58,751 nucleotides of DNA, taken from NCBI RefSeq assembly GCF_004010195.1, contig NC_057718.1, forward strand, positions 5,595,985 to 5,654,735, given 5' to 3'. The DNA is from Chiloscyllium plagiosum. Lineage: Eukaryota. Position 1 is the first letter of the stretch. Each line of letters opens with the position of its first letter. Below the pieces are notes generated by a model, which saw only the letters and a program-made list of their open reading frames with translations, made no database searches and was not told where the DNA came from. The position numbers and the translations under genes are program-made. Of the stretch, positions 35,735 to 48,307 are shown piece by piece.

Positions 35735-35864
35735 AGGAGAAAGTGAGGTCTGCAGATGCTGGAGATCAGAGCTGAAAATGTGTTGCTGGAGCAGCGCAGC
35801 AGGTCAGGCAGCATCCAGGGAACAGGAGAATCGACGTTTCGGGCATAAGCCCTTCTTCAGGAAT
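35735..35864 (-). mobile_element. Single-arm PLE pLTR insertion with hammerhead motif (35829-35864)
   Basis: Same sequence as the left arms at 11079 and 16508. Flanking duplication atgatatgagaa(c/t)gg at 35720-35734 and 35863-35877. Minus strand reads attcCTGAAGAaGGGCttatGCCCGAAACGTCgatt. Confidence 0.88.
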
Positions 35865-36057
35865 GATATGAGAATGGCCTTCTTTTGTGTTTTGTGATCC
35901 AGAATCTAAACAAGTGCAAAACAAGTGAATATCAGTGTAAATAATTGAGCCCATGGGGAAATCACATCAGTTTCCTTTTTAGTATGGGATTGAGTGTAAA
36001 CCTGATATTTCTTTGCACAACTTGTTTGAAAAAAATACAATAATGTAATTGGAAACA

Positions 36058-37295
36058 TAATCACAGAATCCCCTACAGTGCAGAAAGAGGCAATTTGGCC
36101 CATTGATCCTGCATCAACCCTCTGAACGGCATCCCACCCAGACTCACCCTCCCCATCCCTGTAATCCTGCATTTGTCATGGCTAATCTTCTAGCCTATGC
36201 ATCTTTGGACTGTGGGAAGAAACTGGGCCAATCAGTGAAAGCTGAAACAGACATGGGGAGAATGTACAGATTTCATACAGAAATAAGATCATAAAATATA
36301 GGAGCAGCAGTAGGTCATTCAGCCCATCGAATCTGCTCTGTCATTCAATGAGACCATTGCTGGTCTGATAATCCACAACTCCACTTTCCTGTCTTTTCAC
36401 CATCACACTTGACTCCCTTACTGACTAAAAATCTTCATATCTCCGCCTTGAATATGCTTAATGACTCAATCTCAACAGTCCTCTGTGGTAAAGAATTCCA
36501 CAGATTTACACCCCTCTGAGAGAACAAAATCTTCCTCATCTCTGTCTTAAATGTGTGTCCCCTTAACCAGACTATGCTGTCTTGTCCTCCACTCTCCCAT
36601 GGGGGAAGCAATCTCTCAATGCCTATCCTAGTCCTACCGTCAGGTTCTCTAAGAATGTTATATATTTCAATAAGGTCACCTGTCATTCTTCTGAATACCA
36701 ATGAGTACAGGCCATACCTACTCAACCTCTCCTCATTAAAAAAAATCCCTCAATATCTGTGATCAACCTAGAAACCTTGTCTGCCTCTAGTGCCAGTATG
36801 TATTACTTTAGATAAGAGGACAAAACTGATCACAGTATTGCAGGTATGGTGCTTATAGTTGAAGCAAGGTTTTCCTGCTTTTATACTCTATTCCTTTTAA
36901 ATTAAAAGCCCCAACATTCCTTTGACGTCCCTATTACCTGCCGAACTTTAATGTGACATTTTTATAATTCATGCTGAGGACTCTCAAATCCCACGGTGCT
37001 GCAGCTTTCCTCAGTCTTCCCCCATTTAAGTAATATTCAGCTCCTCTATTTTTCCTGCCAAAGTGTATAATCTCACATTTTCCCACATTATTTTCCATCC
37101 ATTCAAGCTTTCGCCCACTCACTTAACCTGTCTATATCCCTCCTTGTGTCATCCTCACCACTTACATTCCCACCCATTTTTGTGTCATCCATAAACTTGG
37201 CGATGGTACATTCACTTCCCTCATCCGAGTCATTGATGCAAATTGTAAATAATTATGGTCCCAGCATTACTCCCTGTGGCAATTCACTTGTTGCT
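36058..37295 (-). mobile_element. Degenerate HE1 SINE (36058-36280) adjoining an older CR1-type LINE (36285-37295)
   Basis: ORFs 36435-36725 and 36934-37122 (GDLIEIYNIL, NVGKCEIIHFGRKN). Confidence 0.75.
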
Positions 37296-37699
37296 ACACT
37301 ACTTCACTAGTGTTGTGTGAATAAGTTGAAATATCGAGACTTGGTGTGATGAAATTTTACAAGAAAATTGCAGTAAAATAAATCACCAGAAATTTGACTC
37401 CAGGTCATATGCTACATTCCTTGTCATTTTTTTTTCTGGTGATCCTTCCGGAACCAAACCACTGGAAGCTTAGAGGGAATACTAGTTCAATGTGTGTCAA
37501 ACATTTTGTGAAATAAACTTGCACTGGCTCTGCACCAGCATTAGTGCAGGAAACCAGTGTTGAGTGGTTTTCAGCATGGCCTGGCATTATGTTAATGACA
37601 CTTGGCTCTGGTTGTGGTTTCATGAAATTGGCAGAAAAGATCAAGGAAACTCTGATGCCAACATAAAAATGGGTGCAAGTGCCTTGTACCCAGATGTCC

Positions 37700-38540
37700 T
37701 CTCTTTCACATTATCATTTCGAGGATGACATTGACTCAATGTCTTGAGTTTCTGCTGTGGGTCTTTATGAGACTGAGCAGGTTGATTTGAGACCTTGTTG
37801 GGCATCCAGGGCAGAGTGTGCCCTGAGGCATTTGGAATGGAGAGCAGGATCTGCTTTCTTTGTTTTCCCTCCTCTGTGCCTGCTCTGCCTTATCATTAAC
37901 ACAAAGCATGACGCAGCTTGACTGACAAGTCATCACCATGTTGAACAATGGGTGGCATGGTGGCTTAGTGGTTAGCACCACTGCCTCATAGCATCAGGGT
38001 TCGATTCCATTCTCAAGCAACTGTCTGTGTAGAATTTGCATGTTCTCCCCCTGTCTGCGTGGGTTTCCTCTGGGTGCTCCGGTTTCCTCCCACAGTCCAA
38101 AGATATGCAGGTTAGGTGGATTGGCCTGGGGAAATGCAGGGTTACAGGGATAGAATGGGGTGGATGCGTCTGGGTGGGATGCTCTTCAGAGGATCAGTGA
38201 GGACTCAATGGGCCAAATGGCCTGCTTCCATATTGTAGGGATTCTATGAATTGCTAGAAAGCTCCTCCCAGTCATTAATGTCAATGCTGCTGTGCTTCAG
38301 GGAGAGCTTCAGTATGTTTTTGTAGAGTTTTCTTTGTCTCTCCTGGGACACTGGCCAATAGAGCGTTGAGAAAACAGGACCAAGTTGGGATTTCTTCTCC
38401 AATAGTGTTAATTCATTGGTAGTTGATATTGCAGGAGCTTAACGTGAGTATTTGTGGAGCTGGCTCCAAGAAGGACACTAGATTTGTTCAATGTCTTCAT
38501 GGAAGCTGGACCACCTTAGTGTCATTTCTTCAGTGCATCT
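37700..38540 (-). mobile_element. Possible decayed RTE-clade LINE 3' part, interrupted by an HE1 SINE
   Basis: Residual RTE-like motifs (agcttcagtatgtttttgtagagttttctttgtc; ctgtgggtctttatgagactgagcagg). Low identity. Confidence 0.35.
37950..38249 (+). mobile_element. HE1-type V-SINE
   Basis: gggtggcatggtggcttagtggttagcac head, V core, tail gggccaaatggcctgcttcc..gattctatga. Confidence 0.87.
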
Positions 38541-39192
38541 TTCGGGAAATTCTGGCCCAGTTATTAAAATAGATCCTTCATCAGATTTGGAAACTGGGGT
38601 GTAAATTAGCCTCTTAATAGGCAAAACAACTTGAGAGTGAAGGAGTGAGGTGTAAACACATTCAAGAGGCAGGAAATTGTCAGAAAGAAGATATTGGCTG
38701 GATTTATGATAAAGAATTCAAAAAGGGATGAGAGGTGGGTGGAGGAGAGGAAGCAGATTTATATAATAAGGGGAGCTGAATTTGTACTTAATTGAAAAAT
38801 AAAGTTTGCAGGGCTATGGAGAAAGAATGGGGTGTGGAACTAATTAATAACTCCTTCGAGATACTGATCTAACTCAATTTACCACGTGGCTTCCTCTGAC
38901 ACACTTTTTTCTTGATATTGATGGCCACAAAATAGTCAATTCAAAAACTGGAACAAAGAAAACAATGATGAAGAAAGCCAATATCATCAAATCAGTGGAA
39001 GATAATGCAAAAATCGATGGTTTTGATACTAGCTGAGGAAGAGTTTGAGATGTGATGGGGAAAAAGGAAACCTGGAGTTGGAAAGAAGAAAACAATTTCA
39101 AATGCAGCAAAAAAAAGAGGAAGAGAATGCCAGAACATAGAGGAGGCCCAACATTGATGGATGAAAGAGAGGTTTCTATCCTGCGTATTGTA

Positions 39193-39214
39193 CCCCCCCC
39201 CCCCCCCCCCCCCC
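39193..39214. repeat. C22 homopolymer
   Basis: Uninterrupted C run. Confidence 0.9.
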
Positions 39215-40221
39215 TCCCCAACTCTATCAGCAATCCAGTTCCCTGCTAGCTTTTCAAAGCATACCATTTCCTGGCCACCCACTCAGTCTGAGTACGTTGC
39301 CTATTCGATTGAATGCTATGTTGCCTATAGTGTTACATTATTGGATACGTAACAGATAATTCTGACTTTGCTGAGATAATTTATCAAGTGCCTGAATTTA
39401 CAAGATTTTGTGAGCTATGTTAATGTAATCACATGTCTATCAATGGAATCTTTGTATCTTGAGCTGTCATGTACTGTTCATATTTTACACTCTCTCAGGG
39501 TTCCAAATTCCACAAGATTTTCAAACTTTCTACCTTCTTTTTCTGTACTTCAGAGAGATTTAGGGTGGGATACATTTGCAACTGTCTTTCCGATAGTGAT
39601 AGAACTATAGTTTCTCTGCTTCATTTAAGTACTTCTGTTGAAGTTATGTAATTTTGCTTTTGCAAGCATAAAAATTACAGTTCTCTTTCCTATTGCATTT
39701 CAAGCAGGGCCAGGCAAAGTACATGTACTGCCATTGTGTGACTCCTGCAATATTTTAGGTGCACTCTCCTTTATTCCTTTTCAGTGGCATTCCTGTGTTC
39801 CTCTTTTAGTAGCTGTGCTTCTATAAAGCTTATCAACACTCAATCTCAGCTACATTCTGACAATATGTTAAGAGTTTAGTAAAGACACATTATGAGCAAT
39901 ATGGTACACGACTAAACAGGTAATAGAGTGACCAACCCTACTGGATCTTGCCATTAGACTTGTATCCCTACTGTCATCTCTTCATGTCCTAATAATATGG
40001 GCCTTAAAAGCTTACAAACTAGGAGTTTGAATTCCTTTGAGTTGTTAAGATTAAGAGGTGATTTGTTTGAAACGATGAAAGGACTTAACTGGGCAGACAT
40101 CAAGAAACAATTTCCTTTGGTTGTGGTGTGCACAACAGGAGACACAACCTTAAACCCAGAGCTCGTCATCCAAGGATCAAATCAGACATCATTTCTTTGC
40201 AACCTCATCACCTCAGAATGT

Positions 40222-40540
40222 ACTGCATTTTTAATATAATCATTGATGTAACACAAGAAACATAGCAACAATCAGTGCTCCTACAAACACTGATTTGGGA
40301 AGTGACCAGGTAATCTGTTTGTGATATTGCTTGAGAACTAAACTTTGGTTGAGGAATGAGCCTGCTCCTCATATTATGACGTAGGACTTTTTGCATCCAC
40401 CTGAGAGGGCAGATGAGGTTTTTAGTTTAACATCTCATTTGCAAGACATCACCTCTGACAGTGCAGTATCACTGCAGTACTCCATTAGAAAGTCAGCTTT
40501 GATGACATGCTCAAATCCCTGGAATAAGATTTCAATAAGC
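40222..40540 (-). mobile_element. Deu-domain SINE
   Basis: ggactttttgcatccacctgagagggcagatgagg..gtttaacatctcatttgcaagacatcacctctgacagtgcagta. Confidence 0.7.
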
Positions 40541-41256
40541 TTCTCTCCCATGTAGCTACCAGCTTGCTTTCAAGCTGTGAGGAACATTCTTCTCTGACTG
40601 TCTCTTGAGAATGGAAAGAAAAACAATCAATACTTCGGAACATACAAGGATCTAGCGATATGACAGGGAAGCTGGATTGGAGTCAACAGTTCCAGTTAAA
40701 AGTGTTAGTGTGTGCAGGTACATTAGGCTAAACAGTCTTATTTTATGCTGCAATTTGCAATGGGGACCAGTATCTCAACAGACAATGGTTGTGAGGGAAG
40801 AACATAAGAATTTGAGTTGGAGTAGGGAACATATTTCATGCTAGGAATTGGATCACGTTATGTTCGTTTTTGTGGCACAAAGAACCAACCCACGGCATTT
40901 CATAACCCCAGTATGGTGACTGCATGTTGGCTCCACACTCAGAACCTAAAATAGACAATAGAAACCTTGGCTGCATCAGTGGAACACTCACTTCCAGTCT
41001 CGGACCTAGTGTAGAAATTAGTCAGCACCAGAAGATGAACCCCTAGGTCTACTCTGTCATTGGGCTCTCAGAGACCTGAGCAGTGACCATCAAAGTCCAG
41101 CAACAAAACAGATTGTTCATTGGGTAGGGAAAGAGAAGAAGTTGCAAAGCAGAAAATTGTTTCTGCAGATCAGACTAGGCGATGATTTGCATTTCAGAGT
41201 GACTGTTGAGGCCTGATAGTGAGGGACTCCCAGGCCTTGGCTTTAAGCATGAGCCG

Positions 41257-42138
41257 TAGAGCCATAGAGTTATACAGCATGGAAGCAGACCCTTTGGCCC
41301 AACTTCTCAATGCCTACTGGATATCCTAAACTGATCTGGTCCAATTTGCCTGCATTTGGCCCATATCCTTCTAAACCTTTCCTCTCCATGTACCTGCCCA
41401 AATGTCTTTTAAATGTTGTAATTGTACTCACCTCTACCACTTCCTTTGGCAGCTCATTCCATGTACAAACCACATGTACAAATGTGGAAAAAATGTTGCC
41501 TCTTAAGTCCTTTTTAAATCTTTCCCCTCTCACCAGTTTTGGACTTCCTGGGAAAAAGATCTTGATTATCCAGATTATCTATGCCTGGTCGGTGTGGACA
41601 GGTTTGACCGAAGGGTCTGTTTCCATGCTGTACATTTCTATGACTCTATGACTCTCATGACTTCATTAAACTTTATTAGGCCACCCCTCAGCCTCCTGTG
41701 CTCCAGTGAATAAAGTCCTAGCCTATCCAGCCTCTCCTTATAACTCAAACCTTCCAGTCTCGACAACAACTTCAGAAATTTGTTTGCACTCTTTTCAGTT
41801 TAATAACATCCTTCCTATTAGCAGTTTGACCAGAATTGTAAGCAGTTTTCCAAATGCGACCTTAACAATGTCTTGTTCAGCCATAACATGACATCCGACT
41901 CCTGTACTCAGTGCTCTGACTGATGAAGGCTAACATGACAAACACCTTCCTTAACACCCGTCCTACCTGTAACACCACTTTCAAAGAACTGTGCACCTGC
42001 ACCCCTAAGTGTCTCTGTTCAACAACACACCCCAGGACCCTCCCATTAATTGTGTAAGTCCTGCTCTGGTTTGTCTTACCAAAATGCAGCATCTCGCAAT
42101 TATCTAAATTAAACTCCATCTACCATTGCTCGGCCCAC
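41257..42138 (-). mobile_element. CR1 LINE 3' part, with + strand CR1 tails at ~41585-41657 and 42139-42215
   Basis: ORFs 41270-41533 and 41877-42119. Confidence 0.85.
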
Positions 42139-42252
42139 TGGGATATCTGGTAGGCATGGATGAGTGGACCGAAGGGTCTGTTTCTGTGCTGTACATCTCT
42201 TTGACTCTATGACTGTATGAACTTTTCACAATTCAAAACTTTTTTATTTGTT

Positions 42253-42608
42253 TGCCGGGAGTGGAGGTTGGGTTGGTGGGGGGTGTGGACCTGACGAGGG
42301 AGTCGCGGAGGGAGTGGTCTATCCGGAACGCTGATAGGGGAGGGGAGGGAAATATATCCTTGGTGATGGGGTCTGTTTGGAGGTGGCGGAAATGACGAAG
42401 GATGATACGATGTATCTGGAGGTTGGTGGGGTGGTAGGTGAGGACCAGTGGGGTTCTGTCCTGGTGGCAATTGGAAGGGCAGGGTTCAAGGGCGGATGAG
42501 CGGGAAGTGGAGGAGATGCGGTGGAGAGCATCGTCAACCACGTCTGAGGGGAAATGCAAAACATCTTTCAGCTCTGATCTCCAACATCTGCAGTCCTCAC
42601 TTTCTCCT
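42253..42608 (-). mobile_element. PLE fragment (RT thumb/linker) plus inverted pLTR end, flanked by a 114-bp direct duplication
   Basis: Minus ORF gives DRTPLVLTYHPTNLQIHRIILRHFRHLQTDP..FPSPPLSAFR.DHSLRDSLVRS. 42560-42608 is the pLTR end. 42139-42252 matches 42609-42722 with 1 mismatch. Confidence 0.9.
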
Positions 42609-42947
42609 TGGGATATCTGGTAGGCATGGATGAGTGGACCGAAGGGTCTGTTTCTGTGCTGTACATCTCTTTGACTCTCTGACTGTATGAACTTTTCACA
42701 ATTCAAAACTTTTTTATTTGTTAACAACTTGGAAGATTTCCAGCCAAACTGTTTCTGACTTGGAAGCTGCACAAACTAAAGACTCCAGGTTGGGTGGTTG
42801 CTGCCCAGAGCTAAAAGTCTGCATCTCAGTTGAGCAAGACGCCATTGTACTCTTTGATAACCTTCTTCAATGTCCACTATATGACCAATTTTGGTGTCAT
42901 CAGAAGTTATAAACAATGCTTCCTATTTTCTCATCCAAATCACATTG

Positions 42948-44323
42948 GTGGTGGGAAAGTTGCTGGAGAAGGTACTGAGGGATAGGATCTATTTAAATTT
43001 AGAAAAGAATAGGCTTATCAGTGATAGGCAACATGGTTTTGTGCAGGGGAGATTCGGCCTTACCAACTTAATAGAGTTCTTCGAGGAAGTGACCAAGTTG
43101 ATAGTTGAAGGAAGGGCTGTTGATGTCATATACATGGACTTTAGTAAGACGTTTGATAAGGTTCCCCATGGTAGACTAATGGAGAAAGTGAAGTCACATG
43201 GTGTGGAGGGTGTTCCAGCTAGGTATATAAAGAACTGGTTGAGCGACAGGAGACAGAGAGTAGTAGTTGAAAGGAGTTTCTCGAAAAGGAGAAAGGTGAC
43301 CAGTGGTGTTCCACGGGGTCAGTATTGAGGCCACTGTTGTTTGTAATATACCTAAATGATCTGGAAGAGGGCACTGTTGGTATGATCAGCAAGTTTGCAG
43401 ATGACACTAGGATTGGTGGAGTAGCAGAAAGCATAAGGGACTGTCAGAGAATACAGGAGAATATAGATAGACTGGAGAGTTGGGCGGAAAAGTGGCAGAT
43501 GGTTTCCAATCCAGACAAATGTGAGGTGATGCATTTAGGCAAGTCTAATTCTAGAGTGAATTATACAATGAAGGAAGACCCTTGGGAAAAGTTGATGGGC
43601 AGAGAGATCTGGGAGTGCAGGTCCATTGTACCCTGAAGGTTGCTGCACAGGTGGAGAGAGTGGTTCAGAAGGCATATAGTATGCTTGCTTCATTGGACCG
43701 GGTATTGAGTACAAGAGCTGTTAAGTCATGTTAAAATTGTACAAGACATTGGTTCGGCTGCATNNNNNNNNNNNNNNNNNNNNNNNNNNNNNNNNNNNNN
43801 NNNNNNNNNNNNNNNNNNNNNNNNNGCTTTGGAGAGGGTGCAGAGAAGGTTTACGAGGATGTTGCCTGGTATGGAAGGTGCTAGCTATGAAGAAAGGTTG
43901 AGTATGTTAGGTTTATTTTCATCAGAAAAAAGGAGATTATGGGGGGACCTGATTGAGGTTTAAAAAATTATGAAGGGTATAGACAGGGTGGATAGACACA
44001 AGCTTTTTCCCAGGGTGAAGGATTCAATAACGAGAGGTCATGCTTTCAAGGTGAGATCTGGAAAGTTTAAGGGGGATACACGTGGCAAGTACTTTACACA
44101 GAGGGTGGTGGGCATTTGGAACATGTTGCCAGCAGAGGTGGTAGAGGCAGGCACGGTAGATTCATTTAAGTTGCTTCTGGATAAATGCATGAGTAGGTGG
44201 GGAGCAGAAAGCTACAAATGCTTAGGAATTGACCGACAGGTTTAGACTGTACATTTTGATCGGCTCAGGCTTGGAGGGCTGAAAGGCCTGTTCCTGGGCT
44301 GTAAATTTTCTTTGTTCTTTGTT
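42948..44323 (+). mobile_element. CR1 LINE RT to 3' end (contains gap 43764-43825)
   Basis: QHGFVQGR..LTNLIEFFEEVT, YMDFSKTFDKVPH, KFADDT; tail ttctttgttctttgtt. Same subfamily as 49825-51897. Confidence 0.93.
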
Positions 44324-44329
44324 TTTATA

Positions 44330-44975
44330 AATGACAAATGACGGTGAATCCAGCACTGATCCTTGTAACATACCGCTGGTAACAGGCCTCCAGTCTGAAC
44401 ATCAATCCTTTTCCACCATCCTCTGACTCCTACTGTCAAGCTAATTTGGTATCCAATTGATGAGCTCTCCCTGGATCCCATGTGATCTAACCTTACTAAC
44501 TAGCCTAGCATATGGAACTCTGTCCAAGACCTTGCTAAAGTCCACGTAGACAATGCCTACCACTCTGTCTTCAACTATCTTCTTGGTAACCTCTTCAAAA
44601 AAACTCAATCAAGTTTGCGAGACATGATGTTCCATACACAAAGCCATGTTGACTATCCCTAATCAGTCCTTGCCTTCCAAATGTATGTAGATCCTGTCTC
44701 CCAGAATTTCCTCCCCAACAACTTACCCACCACTGATGTCAGGCTTGCCAGTCTGTAGTTCCCTGGTGTTTCCTTGCAGCCTTACTTAAATAAAGGCATA
44801 ACATTAGCCACCCTGTAGTCTTCCAGCACCTACCATGGCTGTCAATGATACAAATATCTCTGTTAAGGGTCCCACAATTTTTTCCTTAGCTTCCCATAAA
44901 GTCCAGGGCTAACTTGGTCAAGTCCCATGGTTTATCTCCCTTTCTGTCTTTTAAGACAACTAGCCCCTCCTCAAG
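44330..44975 (-). mobile_element. CR1 RT N-terminal fragment
   Basis: Reverse complement of RT motifs (accttgctaaagtccacgtagac; aagccatgttgactatccctaatc). Confidence 0.8.
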
Positions 44976-45441
44976 ACGTCATCATTTATATTTCCAAGTT
45001 CCTATGTTTTTCTCCACGGTAAATATATTTTTAAAATTCATTTATGGGATGTGGGTATCGCTGGCTGGCTGGCATTTCTTACCCACCCCTAGTTTCCCCT
45101 TGAGAAGGTGGTGATGAGCTGCCTTCTTGAACTGCTACAGTCCTAAGGGACCCACAATGCCCTTAGGGAGAGAATTTCAGGAAAAAAAGTACTGACGTGA
45201 AAAATTTGTTTAGGATCTCACCCATCTCCTGTGGTTCGAAGGCCTTGTTTATCTTTAAGGGGCCCTATTCTCTCCCTAGTTACTCTTTTGTCCTTAATAT
45301 ACTTATGGAATCTCTTTGGATTCTCCTTAACCTTATCTGTTAAGGCTATGTCATATCCCCTTTTTGCACTCCTGTTTTCCCTCTTAAGGGTACTCCTATA
45401 CCCTCTATTTTCCTCAAGCTGAAGGAAAGTTAAAAGGCTTA

Positions 45442-45787
45442 GGGCGGCACAGTGGCTCAGTGGTTAGCACTGCTGCCTCATGGCGACAGGGACCCGGATT
45501 CGATTTCACTCTTGGGCGACTGATTGTGTGGAGTTTGCACATTCTCCTTGTGTCTGTGTGGGTTTCTACCGGGTGCTCAGGTTTCCTCCCACAGTCCAAA
45601 GATGCGCAGGTTAGGTGGATTGGCCATGCTAAATTGTCCATAGTGTTCAGGGATGTACAAGTTAGGTGCATTAGCCATCGGAAATGCACGGTTACAAGAT
45701 AGAGTAGGGAGATGGGTTTGGGTGGGATGCTCTTCAGAGGATTGGTGTTCACTCTTTGGGCTGAAGGCCTGTATGGATTCCATGGAT
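45442..45787 (+). mobile_element. HE1-type V-SINE
   Basis: gggcggcacagtggctcagtggttagcactgctgcctca head and V core. Confidence 0.88.
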
Positions 45788-46285
45788 GTGGAATTAGACC
45801 TTGAGGCTCATGTGAAGCTGCTCCTGTATTCAGAAACACTGTCCAATTCTAATGCAACTGACATTAATTATAGTTCTCAAAATAAACGTGTGTGCATGTA
45901 TGAGAGAGTGAGGACTTTTTTTTCACTCATACATAGGATTTGGACATAACTGGCTAGGCCAGCACTTATTGCCCTTACACAATTGCTCTTGAGAAGACAT
46001 TGGTGAGCTCCCTTCTTGAATTACAACAGTTCTTGGATGTGTTAGTGAGGGATCACTGCGTTTATGTGTTTGTGTGTAATGTTTTTGTCATCTTTTACTT
46101 CACTCTTTAAAGATCACTACAAGAAAAATCTAATTTTAGTTTCGAAATGCTTTGCCAGGTTTTTTTTTCTTCTGTCAGTAAACCAACTGTGCACAAATCT
46201 GGCTCTCATCCAGTCAGTTGCCACTTAACAGTTAAAGAGGGCAGCCTTCTGTCCTGTGAAACCTTGTTGCTTTACATCCTGTCAG

Positions 46286-46367
46286 AGTGAGACCTAAGAG
46301 ACCAAGTGATGCTCTGGAGGCTGTGTTGGATGAGATCAATCCACCCAACAGCTGGGCCTGTACGTGA
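46286..46367 (+). CDS. Candidate terminal coding exon of an unidentified host gene: (R)VRPKRPSDALEAVLDEINPPNSWACT*
   Basis: Acceptor ttgttgctttacatcctgtCAG|. Only the phase-2 frame is open; the other two stop within 4 codons. Followed by ~0.6 kb of non-repeat sequence. Confidence 0.5.
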
Positions 46368-47464
46368 CTTCCCAGCCTTTGGGCAGGAACAGGGCTCTGA
46401 CCTGCTCAATTCACAGGTCACGCTGAGGAAGGCAACAACTCACCCAGTCAGAGCTGTGCTCGGCTGGAGTTTACTGGGGCATTGCCCTATGTTTTCCCGC
46501 ATGAGATCGTTAGTGCTGGCAATCAAGGTAACGTACCATACTTGTTCAGCCAGACATTTCTGTAGATTGTCAGCATGCAAGCCTCTATTCAGAAAGTTAT
46601 TGTTTGTGAGAAGGTCAGACTTCCATGTTGCTGCTGTGACGGACAATTTTCCAGAATTTGCCTACAGTGCTGGACCCATTGTGGTTAGTGCTAATGATGG
46701 CATCCTCTGGTGTTGAGGGCTGCTGGCCGATCAATAGGTATAGGTGTCTGCGCTAACAGGAAACGCTTTTGCAGTTGCTCCTTGTCTCTGCATGGAGTTT
46801 TATAATTGAGAGCAGAAAGCAGCAGGTCAATGGTACAAAGCCTGACTTGAGCTGGAGTTATACAGCGAGTCACAGTTTTGTGCTGCTCATTGATTGAAGG
46901 ACATAAAGCGACAGTGTAGGTTCATTCCCTGGGCTATGAAGGTGAGGAGATACTGAAAACATTTTTACTGGAACAGGAAAGATTTTTTAATAATTAAAGG
47001 TTTTGTTCTCGAATAAGGGAAGATTATTTCCTCTGATTAGGCGGACCATTACAAGTGAGCGTCGATTTAAAACATCAATGTCAAATGGAGAGTGTGGAGA
47101 GAGAGAGTGCAAGAAATGGCTTAACACAAAGAGCTGCTGCAGCAAGGAACTCTTTGACACAGGAAGTGGTTGAGAGAAAACCTATTGCATCTTTTTAAAG
47201 AAAAGCTAGAGATTTCAAACAGAAATGTCAAGTGTGTGAACTGGTGGAGTTAGTGTTGGATTGTTCAAGTAAAAGGCTGATGGAGGCATGATGGGCCAAA
47301 TGGCCTCCTTCCCTAAGAGAACCAAAGAAACACTTTTAAATTATCCTTCGTTGAGAATATGTCTGAGTGTATTTCAGAGTTTATGAAACTGAGTGGCTGC
47401 TTAGATGTATATGTGTGTGTGCGTTTCTCTGTGTGTTTAAATGAGGACACAAGACAGGGTGGAC

Positions 47465-47830
47465 AATGGTGATAACTCACCTCTGACTCTAAAGGTTCAA
47501 GTCTCACTCCAAAGTCTTGAGTTCATGGTCTATGCTGAGTCTAATATGGCACTGTTAGAGGTGCTGCCTACTCAAGGCCCCATCTTGGCAATAAATGATC
47601 CCAGGCCAGTATTTGAAGAAAAGCCTGTCTGCTGTCTAGGCTGACAATTGTTCTTGAACCAACATCATCTAAAATTAAAATAGGAGACCTGGCTCATTGC
47701 TCTTTATGGAGCTTGCTGTGTGCAGATTGTTTGTTGTGTTCCTATTACATTTCAAAAGTTTTTCATTGTCTGTAAATTACACTGTGATGTCCCGAGGTTG
47801 TGAGAAAAATGACATGAATGTAAGTTCTTC
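47465..47830 (+). mobile_element. Deu-domain SINE with L2-type tail
   Basis: ctcacctctgactc..ggttcaagtctcactcca head; ggagcttgctgtgtgcagattg; tcccgaggttgtgag..aatgtaagttcttc. Confidence 0.65.
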
Positions 47831-48293
47831 GTTTTAAACATGCGTGCATAAGAGTACGTAAGGTAGATGGTATATATGTCTATATGAGAGACAGAATAGT
47901 CAGTAAGGTGCCAAATGTAGACCTGGTGAAATCTAAAGTATTCATACCTGCCTGTTTTGAGTATCCAACAAACTACTGCTTGACCAGTGTTCATATCTTT
48001 GAGTAATATTTCTCTCTCTTCCATTTAACCATTTTAGAGAGAATTGGATAGAAATTTGGAATTAGAGTCAGGCTATTCAGCCCAATCAATCTATGTTACA
48101 GCTTTCTGACATGTGGAAAATACTTCCAATGTGTTCTCTATCCCATTTCCCACAGATTCACATTCCGTATCTTATTTTCTCTGCTCTCTTCACCCATTCT
48201 TACCTGTCTCCCTCTGAACCGACTGCCGGTTTGTGTGTGTGTATGTGTGTCCACCGTCTATTAGTGTGACTGTGTCTGTTGTGACTACGTGGT

Positions 48294-48307
48294 AATAAAT
48301 GAATAAA
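48294..48307 (+). terminator. Tandem AATAAA, candidate poly(A) signals of the host gene
   Basis: aataaa at 48294-48299 and 48302-48307, ~1.9 kb after the candidate stop, with TG-rich sequence downstream. Confidence 0.3.

Noticed and set aside
38874..39352. Poly-Pro/poly-Gly ORFs
   Set aside because: Produced by the C22 homopolymer.
46306..46716. 136-aa ORF over the candidate terminal exon
   Set aside because: Different frame from the acceptor-defined one, with no recognisable domain. More likely chance openness in UTR-like DNA.
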